11,014 bases of DNA. Origin: Thermoproteota archaeon (GTDB lineage Archaea > Thermoproteota > EX4484-205 > JAAOZP01). Position 1 is the first letter of the stretch. The number at the start of each line of letters is the position of its first letter. The notes under the pieces were generated by a model. That model had not been told where the DNA came from. It ran no database searches and worked only from the letters and a program-made list of their open reading frames with translations. The translations under genes and the position numbers were made by a program. Of the stretch, positions 1 through 5,834 are shown piece after piece. The DNA lies in contig JBNAVT010000045.1 of assembly GCA_049700215.1 (NCBI GenBank), positions 1 through 11,014 of the forward strand, in the 5' to 3' direction.

Positions 1-146
1 TTTCCAACGGATATTATCTCGCAAGTCAGCTGAGCCTTCAAACCGGTTAACCGCTTGGCGCTTTGAGACTTAAATTTTTTACTAATGCTCCTCCGAGACT
101 ACTGAGCCAGCGCGCGCTACTTACCGGCAAGTGATTTTCAGGTCTT

Positions 147-293
147 TTAGCACTCTTCGATGCTTTTTTCTCGAGTAAGGTTTGTTAAACCATAGCGCGC
201 GCCATCAAGAATTGCGATCCTAGTTGCATTTCCTCCTTTATCAACAACAAACCTAAGCGCCTCGTTAAGCAAAATGTTTCTAAAAAGAATCAT
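147..293 (-). pseudogene. 48-aa ORF, possible degenerate remnant of an ADP-ribosylglycohydrolase C-terminal region
   Basis: Hand translation from ATG 293 to TAA 147: MILFRNILLNEALRFVVDKGGNATRIAILDGARYGLTNLTREKSIEEC. It starts 4 nt after the stop of the upstream gene. EALRFVVDKGGNAT..AILDGARYGL resembles the ARH family motif EAL..aVn.GGDtDT.aAiaGalaGA.yG but lacks the catalytic D-x-D. Similarity judged by eye only. Confidence 0.3.
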
Positions 294-297
294 CGAA

Positions 298-747
298 CTA
301 TTTGATATGCTTTAGGGAACACAGTAATATTATTCCGGTTGCCAGAAACGGGAAAGATAGTAACATAAAGGCTCCAAAGAAAGGTATTAGTATCATGAAG
401 AAAATCCCAGATGCACTCATCAGGGAAAAAATCCCAATGAGTCTAAACCACGCTCTCATATTACTCCACCTACCAGTCTTGTATGTTCTTCTTAGCTTAA
501 GGTATGTTAGAATTGGAAGAGACGTATAGATTAAAGCAACAGGAAATTGAAGCATTAATGTGACCCTCATGTATTCCTCAAGCTTAAGCTTGGAGGGGCT
601 CTCATTAGGCACCATCCTTAACATGCTCTCAAGAAACCTGAATGTGGAAAAGAGAGACGATGTCTGCATAACTACGAGAACAAACAATAGGGTTTTTGAG
701 TTTTTTACGTTTTCATATAGATCTGTCTTATTTTCTTCTAGACACAT
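298..747 (-). CDS. Hypothetical integral membrane protein (149 aa, about 4 hydrophobic helices)
   Basis: Hydrophobic segments LLFVLVVMQTSSLFSTF, VTLMLQFPVALIYTSLPILTYL, WFRLIGIFSLMSASGIFFMILIPFFG and AFMLLSFPFLATGIILLCSL. The SD GGGTGA (760-755) overlaps the upstream TGA stop and lies 7 nt before ATG 747. Confidence 0.75.
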   Translation of the reverse strand: MCLEENKTDLYENVKNSKTLLFVLVVMQTSSLFSTFRFLESMLRMVPNESPSKLKLEEYMRVTLMLQFPVALIYTSLPILTYLKLRRTYKTGRWSNMRAWFRLIGIFSLMSASGIFFMILIPFFGAFMLLSFPFLATGIILLCSLKHIK

Positions 748-754
748 AAGTATA

Positions 755-1069
755 TCACCCTATTACACTAATATAGGTAACACAAGTAGAACGCGAAGTC
801 GAGGCACCTGCATTAGCAATAAGGCCGCCACTCATAGAACAATGCGAGTAAGCTCCTACTAATATTACATATTGATGTCCATTTTGGGCATACCAAGAAG
901 CACTAAGAGTTATGTATCCTTTAAAAGCACCAGGGGATGAAAAATATTCCGAGTCACCAGTAACCATTGTTCCTGTTGTCGCATCATATATCTCAAGGTA
1001 TATTGTTACTTCATGGATTATCGATCCGAATTTAAAAGAATAGATCGCTTCATTTATTAGAAGATCCAC
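755..1069 (-). CDS. C-terminal fragment of the split exported protein
   Basis: Beta-strand-like S/G/Y/T-rich sequence matching the composition of the upstream fragment. There is no SD before GTG 1069 and the frame stays open to 1156, so it is probably not independently initiated. Confidence 0.45.
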   Translation of the reverse strand: MDLLINEAIYSFKFGSIIHEVTIYLEIYDATTGTMVTGDSEYFSSPGAFKGYITLSASWYAQNGHQYVILVGAYSHCSMSGGLIANAGASTSRSTCVTYISVIG

Positions 1070-1086
1070 ATATAACGTTGCATATA

Positions 1087-1638
1087 CTACCTTTGTTCCA
1101 CTTGATAAAACATGGCCCTTAGCGCGCGCGCTTCCACATCTATTTGAGGAATGATGTTAGTCTCCAATATCGACCTACAGAAGAATTCCCTTGATTTTTT
1201 AATCTCATTTTGCATAGACTGATCCTCAGCAGTTTCATAAATAGAATCCAATTCCGTTAGAATTTTGTTTAGGATTTTTAGCCTTGTATCGTTGTAAATG
1301 TACAACATTATACCGTAAAGTGATTCTTTAGATAGACTTTTCGAAGATCCCACAGAATAGTAATCTATCATGCAACTATCTGCATATGCCCAGGCATTTC
1401 CAAGCCCCGTAACTCCACAGATGGTCCAAGTATAAACCGATCCGCTAATCCTGTTTGCACTAGCTTCGGCACCAGACGCATATGCTCCATTGCCACCACT
1501 AGCATAACTCGAAGAGGCTGAGGGATATGGTGGAGGACCAAGTGCTAGAATTTCAATCAAGGAAGTTGATGCCAATAGTGTAATTATCGTGATGATAGAT
1601 TGCAGTTTAATTGTACGCTTAAAGTTCTTTATCCCCAA
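1087..1638 (-). CDS. N-terminal fragment of the split exported protein, as translated from the current sequence
   Basis: Part of track ORF 1087..1767. Start re-assigned to TTG 1638 (ATG 1659 is the alternative) from SD position and signal-peptide architecture. The last residues (LRAMFYQVEQR) are probably out-of-frame tail. Confidence 0.55.
   Translation of the reverse strand: MGIKNFKRTIKLQSIITIITLLASTSLIEILALGPPPYPSASSSYASGGNGAYASGAEASANRISGSVYTWTICGVTGLGNAWAYADSCMIDYYSVGSSKSLSKESLYGIMLYIYNDTRLKILNKILTELDSIYETAEDQSMQNEIKKSREFFCRSILETNIIPQIDVEARALRAMFYQVEQR
1122..1131. repeat. (GC)5 dinucleotide microsatellite within the 12-bp palindrome AGCGCGCGCGCT
   Basis: Read directly at 1121-1132. The other copies of the motif (110-117, 195-202, 1703-1710, 2733-2740) are (GC)4. 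Confidence 0.95.
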
Positions 1639-1647
1639 TTTTCCCTC

Positions 1648-1657
1648 GATCACCTCC
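1648..1657 (-). promoter_or_regulatory. Shine-Dalgarno GGAGGTGATC
   Basis: Perfect complement of the 16S 3' end sequence GAUCACCUCC, 9 nt upstream of the in-frame TTG 1638. Confidence 0.65.
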
Positions 1658-1698
1658 ATAATAGACCTGTAGAGGATATATATTGCGGCTTGCAACAC

Positions 1699-1718
1699 TA
1701 TAGCGCGCGCTATATATA
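1699..1718 (-). promoter_or_regulatory. Perfect 16-bp palindrome TATAGCGCGCGCTATA overlapping a TATA-like TATATATA upstream of the island operon
   Basis: Palindrome at 1699-1714 and TATATATA at 1711-1718 are read directly. The regulatory role is inferred. Confidence 0.4.
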
Positions 1719-1835
1719 CACTGAGCTGCTTATAAGGTGGAATCAGCATCGTTTTCTCTCCGATCATGTTTCATTCGTAATTGGATATCCAAATGGGCAA
1801 GAATACAGTATAACAGAAATGATTTCACGTGCTTC

Positions 1836-1967
1836 CTAACTTACCTTACCTTTCTGCTTTAAGGCGAGTGCAGCCTTTCTATAGGGGCCCCTCCTCCGGA
1901 GCCTGGCTCTTCGCCTTGCCTCAACCCTTTTACGCAGCTTGTCCTCATAACGCTCTTCGGAACCCAT
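1836..1967 (-). CDS. Small highly basic protein (43 aa), possibly nucleic-acid binding
   Basis: ATG 1967 to TAG 1836: MGSEERYEDKLRKRVEARRRARLRRRGPYRKAALALKQKGKVS. BRE/TATA AAAACTTTTAT (TTTTAT 1997-1992) lies 25 nt upstream. Purine-rich codon usage resembles the neighbouring genes, and the ORF fills the gap upstream of nth. Confidence 0.7.
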   Translation of the reverse strand: MGSEERYEDKLRKRVEARRRARLRRRGPYRKAALALKQKGKVS

Positions 1968-1990
1968 TGAGCCTAGCCGCGCGTGCTGGG

Positions 1991-2028
1991 GATAAAAGTT
2001 TTAAGCAGGGGGTTTTGAAACTTTAAAG
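1991..2028. promoter_or_regulatory. Divergent BRE/TATA promoters for the small basic ORF (-) and nth (+)
   Basis: Minus strand AAAACTTTTATC ends about 25 nt from ATG 1967. Plus strand GAAACTTTAAA (TTTAAA 2022-2027) lies about 28 nt from TTG 2055. Confidence 0.55.
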
Positions 2029-2054
2029 CCCGGGGGATATTATTCTGAAAAACG

Positions 2055-2753
2055 TTGAGGAAAATAGAGGGAGAGGCTATTCTGAGGAGGCTGGATGAGG
2101 CTGTAAGGCTCGACGAGGAGAGCTTCCCACTGTTGACGAGCAGGAGCGTTTTCGAAATGCTTGTCGCCACGGTTCTCTCACAGAACACTAGCGATAAAAA
2201 CACGGCTAGGACGGTAAGGAGGCTCAGGGAGACGGTTGGCATAACGCCTGAGAGTATTTCTAAAGCTGGGCTGCGCGAGTTGAAGACTGCAATAAGGTCT
2301 TCAGGCCTCTACAATGTTAAGGCCAGAGTGTTGAAGAGGCTTGCCGGAATCGTGGTTGAGAATTACGGTGGCGATGTTGAGAAGGTTTTGGAGAAGCCTG
2401 TCGAAGAGGCGAGGAGGGAGCTTATGAGCCTCCCCGGCGTCGGCCCTAAGACCGCCGACGTAATACTTCTCTTCGCAGGCGGTAAACATACTTTCCCGAT
2501 AGATACTCATGTTTTCCGAGTGTCCCGCAGGCTCGGGCTAATAGGGTTGAGAGACGGTTACGAAGAGGCTCGTGTAAAACTCATGGAAATATTTCCACCA
2601 GGCTCCTACTTGAAGGCGCATCTCCTACTCATAGAGCATGGGAGAAGAGTCTGCAGAGCTAGGAAACCCTTGTGCAGGGGCTGTGTTCTTCTAGAATACT
2701 GTTCCTTCGGGCAGGGCTTATTGAAAGGGGAGGCGCGCGCTAGAAAGCGTTAA
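2055..2753 (+). CDS. nth: Endonuclease III (HhH-GPD DNA glycosylase/AP lyase with 4Fe-4S cluster)
   Basis: LVATVLSQNTSD motif, HhH LPGVGPKTA with catalytic Lys, PIDTHVFRVSRRLG with catalytic Asp, and FCL motif C-x6-C-x2-C-x5-C (CRARKPLCRGCVLLEYC). Confidence 0.95.
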   Translation: MRKIEGEAILRRLDEAVRLDEESFPLLTSRSVFEMLVATVLSQNTSDKNTARTVRRLRETVGITPESISKAGLRELKTAIRSSGLYNVKARVLKRLAGIVVENYGGDVEKVLEKPVEEARRELMSLPGVGPKTADVILLFAGGKHTFPIDTHVFRVSRRLGLIGLRDGYEEARVKLMEIFPPGSYLKAHLLLIEHGRRVCRARKPLCRGCVLLEYCSFGQGLLKGEARARKR

Positions 2754-2760
2754 CCACTGT

Positions 2761-3291
2761 TTACTTTTTAGAACGCGCGTTGCAATCAGGTATCACGTAC
2801 AGGTATATCTTGTGCCATGAGAGTTCAACGACTTTTTGAGGCACCCAGCCTTTGAAGGTGAACTCGTGGCTAACAATCCTCGTCCCAGGCTTAAGCTCAG
2901 CTTCAAGCTTAGGCTTAATCTTCTCGTTAGCGGTCGTCGTCAGGAAGAGGGTTAGGACAGTGGCTTCAGAAAGGTTAGCGTTCAACAGGTCCTCGTTGTA
3001 TACTATTATCTTTTTCGACAATCCTTCCCTCTCGATCGTTTTAACAAGCTCCTCGTAAAGATCCTTCCTTATCTCGTATCCAACCGCCTTCCTGGCGCCG
3101 AACTTTTTAACAGCCGCGAAAAGCATCCTGCCGTCTCCGCAGCCAAGGTCGTAGACAACGTCCCTAGGCGTCACGCAGGCTAGCTCCAGCATCTTTTCAA
3201 CAACCTCGGGTGGAGACGGTACGTACGGAACCGTTATCTCCATGTTTTCACGGAGTTCGTCGAGGAAAGAAATAAACCTATCGCTAGACAT
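2761..3291 (-). CDS. Class I SAM-dependent methyltransferase, aKMT/FAM173-like protein-lysine methyltransferase
   Basis: VPYVPSPPEVVEKMLELA, motif I YDLGCGDGR, SEATVLTLFL, KPKLEAELKPGTRIVSHEF and IYLYVI closely match the Sulfolobus aKMT pattern as I recall it. ATG 3291 is 2 nt after the DUF72 stop; ATG 3243 is an alternative start. Confidence 0.88.
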   Translation of the reverse strand: MSSDRFISFLDELRENMEITVPYVPSPPEVVEKMLELACVTPRDVVYDLGCGDGRMLFAAVKKFGARKAVGYEIRKDLYEELVKTIEREGLSKKIIVYNEDLLNANLSEATVLTLFLTTTANEKIKPKLEAELKPGTRIVSHEFTFKGWVPQKVVELSWHKIYLYVIPDCNARSKK

Positions 3292-3293
3292 TT

Positions 3294-4013
3294 TTAATCC
3301 CGGCTTTTCCCGAGGATTTTCATGATCGTGCGAGCATTAATCAGCATGAAGTGGTTATTGTTCATGAAAACGTATATTCTCTTAGGCTTCGAAGCCAACA
3401 TGCTGCGGGCAACCTCCTCCAGCTCCTCAGCCGTGTAATTATGGGAATACCATGATGAGCGGCCGTGCATCCTGAGATAGACGGTGCCCGTCGTGTTGAA
3501 AACATGCCTAGGCAGGTCCGGCGAGTCCACGGAGACTATTGTGAAACCCCTGCCGCTGGCCCACTCCTCCCATTCCCCGCTGAACCACTTGCTGTTCCTC
3601 CACTCTAAAGCCGCCTTCTCCGCGACCCCGGTCTTGGCGAAAAACCTTTCAATATTCCTGACGGTGTTCTGGCTGGGCTCGACAAACGGGGGGAGTTGAA
3701 AAAGATAGTAGTCTATGCTCTCCTCCAACGGTTTGAAAAGGCTGGCGAACCTGTTGAAAACGCTCACCGCCTTGAAGCCCATGCGGTAGACGTGAGTAAC
3801 TATCCGGTTAACCTTGACAGCCCACCTGAAGCCTCGGGGAGTCTTCCTAGACCAGGAGTAGACCTGGCTGCTGAAAGGAAACCTGTAGAAGCTGGCGTTA
3901 AGCTCAACACTGTTCAAACCACTATTCTCAATATACCAGTCAAACCCGTCAGGATTCCAGTCGTAAGAGAAACCAGATGTCCCGACATAAACCTTAGTTT
4001 GCTTAGCCTTCAT
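3294..4013 (-). CDS. DUF72 (UPF0759/YecE family) TIM-barrel protein
   Basis: Family motifs VYVGTSGFSYDW, VELNASFYRFP, AVKVNRIVTH, LFQLPP, ALEWRNSKW, YLRMHGR and YVFMNN. Confidence 0.93.
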   Translation of the reverse strand: MKAKQTKVYVGTSGFSYDWNPDGFDWYIENSGLNSVELNASFYRFPFSSQVYSWSRKTPRGFRWAVKVNRIVTHVYRMGFKAVSVFNRFASLFKPLEESIDYYLFQLPPFVEPSQNTVRNIERFFAKTGVAEKAALEWRNSKWFSGEWEEWASGRGFTIVSVDSPDLPRHVFNTTGTVYLRMHGRSSWYSHNYTAEELEEVARSMLASKPKRIYVFMNNNHFMLINARTIMKILGKSRD

Positions 4014-4160
4014 TAATGCCCTATTTAAACTCCTCGTGTTTTTTAACTTTAAGTCTTGGGGGATGATGTTGAGAGTTCTGCAGCCATGAAGCCCTAGGCA
4101 TTTTCAGTTTCCTTTATCCATCTTTTTCCCTCTTCCTCCGCTTTTTACTGTTCCTCTCCC

Positions 4161-4207
4161 CCAGCCGTAGCTCAGCCCAATGTCCCTACGAAAATGTTTC
4201 TCCCCAA
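4161..4207 (-). pseudogene. Frameshifted relic of a DUF72 N-terminus
   Basis: TTG GGG AGA AAC ATT TTC GTA GGG ACA TTG GGC TG- AGC TAC GGC TGG reads MGRNIFVGTLG(W)SYGW with one base restored, compared with VYVGTSGFSYDW in the intact neighbour. Confidence 0.55.
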
Positions 4208-4228
4208 CCCTCTTCCAGCAGCCTGCCG

Positions 4229-5770
4229 CTACTCCTCCTTGTCAAACCTTTTCAACACGCCGGGTATTTTCTCAACAAGGTCTGAAGCAGTGATGTGGAA
4301 GCCTTTCTCCTCAACAGCCTTTAAGCCAGCCTCCCCGTGAACGTAGGCTGCTGCAGCAGCCGAGTTGAACCCGCTGTTACCCCAGGCGAGGAAGGCTGCG
4401 ATTATACCTGAAAGAACGTCTCCAGTGCCGCCTACAGCCAAGCCCGGCGTAGCGTGCTTGTTAACCTTAAGGTTTGAGCCGTCGGTGACGACTGTTTCAA
4501 AGCCTTTAAGCAGCAGCGTAAAACCGTGTTTCCTAGAGAGCTCCATGAGCATACCCGCGTTTTCAAACCATCTTGCTTTAAGCTCGGCTTCGAAAACCTG
4601 TTTAAACTCCCCGCGGTGAGGCGTGGCTACAACACCCTTCAGCAGGCTTGGGAAGGCTTTGAACGCTTTGAAGCCGTCTGCGTCGACGACAACCGGCAGC
4701 AGCCTGCTCCTAGCCTCGTTAACGATCATCCTGGCTGCTTCAACAGTCTCTTCATGCAGCCCTAAGCCTGGGCCAAGCACTATCGAGTCAGCCTTATCCA
4801 TAAGGTTGGAGACAAGGGGTATTGCCTCCGGGTTAAGATGCTCCCCGGGCGTGGCGTAAACCACGAGGTCCGGGGACATTGCTCTAACCGAGACTGCAAC
4901 CGGCTTCGGCGCAGCCACTATCGCTAGGCCAGCCCCGACTCTTAGCGCCGACAACGCTGCTAAAGCAGGTGCTCCAGAGAAGGTTTCACTCCCGCCCACT
5001 ACTAGAACATAGCCGTAGTCACCCTTGTGCGAGTCTCTCCTCCTGGTTTTCACAACCCTCCTAACGTCCCCGGGTCCAGTGTAGAGCTCAGCCTCGAGAG
5101 GTATGCCTATGTCAGCAGCCTCAACCCTCCCCGCGTAGGGAGAGTTCTCCAGGAAATCCTTAGGCTTGTGGAAAGTCAGAGTGTAAGATGCTTTGACAGC
5201 CAGGCTCTTCCCGGTGTTCTCTGAGCCAAGCCCCGTTGGAACATCGACGGCGAAAACCGTTTTACCAGAGGAGTTAACCTCGCTAACTATTGAGGCGAAA
5301 GGCTCCTTTAAAACTCCTTTAATCCCTGTGCCGAGCATCGCATCAACTACGAAGTCGCATTTCGCCAAGAGTTCTTTAACAACCCGTGTCTCAGAGGAGT
5401 CGGCGACGAAGAGTTTCTCAACATCATCCATGTGGAGCAGGAGGAGCCAGTTTACCCTAGCCTCCTCACTCCTTATTTCACTAGGCTTGCCCACGAGAAC
5501 TATCACTATTCTAGCACCCATGTTCCTAAGGTGCCTCGCCGCCACAAACCCGTCACCACCGTTATTACCTGTTCCGCACAGGAATAGGAACGTTTTACCC
5601 CTTACATCAGTCTTGGAAGATATGAAACGCGCGGTAGCTGAGCCAGCGTTCTCCATCATGCAAAGCCTGCTGAAACCCAGGGCTTCAGCATTCTCCTCTA
5701 TAGCAGTCATTTCGACGCTGGTCACGACCCTAGGTAGAAGCTGCTTCACTGCCTCAAGCCACTCATCCAT
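4229..5770 (-). CDS. nnr: Bifunctional NAD(P)H-hydrate repair enzyme (NAD(P)HX epimerase + dehydratase)
   Basis: YjeF_N motifs MMENAG, CGTGNNGGDGFVAARHL, VDAMLGTG and AVDVPTG. Dehydratase-domain motifs SHKGDYG, GPGLG, VVDADG, TPHRGEF and GGTGDVLSG. Confidence 0.96.
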   Translation of the reverse strand: MDEWLEAVKQLLPRVVTSVEMTAIEENAEALGFSRLCMMENAGSATARFISSKTDVRGKTFLFLCGTGNNGGDGFVAARHLRNMGARIVIVLVGKPSEIRSEEARVNWLLLLHMDDVEKLFVADSSETRVVKELLAKCDFVVDAMLGTGIKGVLKEPFASIVSEVNSSGKTVFAVDVPTGLGSENTGKSLAVKASYTLTFHKPKDFLENSPYAGRVEAADIGIPLEAELYTGPGDVRRVVKTRRRDSHKGDYGYVLVVGGSETFSGAPALAALSALRVGAGLAIVAAPKPVAVSVRAMSPDLVVYATPGEHLNPEAIPLVSNLMDKADSIVLGPGLGLHEETVEAARMIVNEARSRLLPVVVDADGFKAFKAFPSLLKGVVATPHRGEFKQVFEAELKARWFENAGMLMELSRKHGFTLLLKGFETVVTDGSNLKVNKHATPGLAVGGTGDVLSGIIAAFLAWGNSGFNSAAAAAYVHGEAGLKAVEEKGFHITASDLVEKIPGVLKRFDKEE

Positions 5771-5794
5771 CTTGAAATACTGTTTAAAGAAGCC

Positions 5795-5808
5795 TTATAA
5801 GAATATAT
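5795..5808. promoter_or_regulatory. Back-to-back TATA boxes for nnr (-) and ogg (+)
   Basis: TTATAA 5795-5800 is 25 nt from nnr ATG 5770. ATATAT 5803-5808 is about 27 nt from ogg GTG 5835. Confidence 0.55.
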
Positions 5809-5834
5809 TCTCCAGCAGGCTTAAGCTGAGGAAA

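Larger units (their letters stand above)
755..1638 (-). pseudogene. Exported Ala/Ser/Gly/Tyr-rich protein gene, frameshifted at a (GC)5 tract (1122-1131); 293 aa if one GC unit is removed
   Basis: SD GGAGGTGATC (1657-1648) precedes TTG 1638 and a signal peptide MGIKNFKRTIKLQSIITIITLLASTSLIEILA. The frame of ORF 755..1069 is open back to 1156, so it overlaps ORF 1087..1767 across the GC tract. Deleting 2 nt gives ...IDVEARAKGHVLSSGTKVVYATLYVDLLINEA... Confidence 0.7.

Noticed and set aside
1060-1354. Near-direct repeat GAAGATCC(C)ACA at 1060-1070 and 1343-1354 as a target-site duplication or intron boundary
   Set aside because: It is short and imperfect, and I saw no terminal inverted repeats or bulge-helix-bulge pairing. 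The 2-nt slip explains the split more simply.
1639-1767. Longer N-terminus of ORF 1087..1767
   Set aside because: This stretch contains the SD, TATA-like tracts and the palindrome, and the signal peptide only makes sense from 1638 or 1659.
1829-2026. Plus-strand 65-aa ORF, or a GC-rich ncRNA in this gap
   Set aside because: The minus-strand 43-aa ORF has a correctly placed promoter and typical codon usage, and no tRNA or SRP-like fold was recognised.
4058-4110. Possible C/D box sRNA beginning ATGATGT
   Set aside because: Box C is imperfect and no CTGA box D follows at the expected distance.
5193-5834. 214-aa N-terminal extension of Ogg in track ORF 5193..6470, suggesting a fusion protein
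   Set aside because: It is mostly the antisense shadow of nnr. Ogg2 similarity, expected size and the TATA position all point to a start at 5835.
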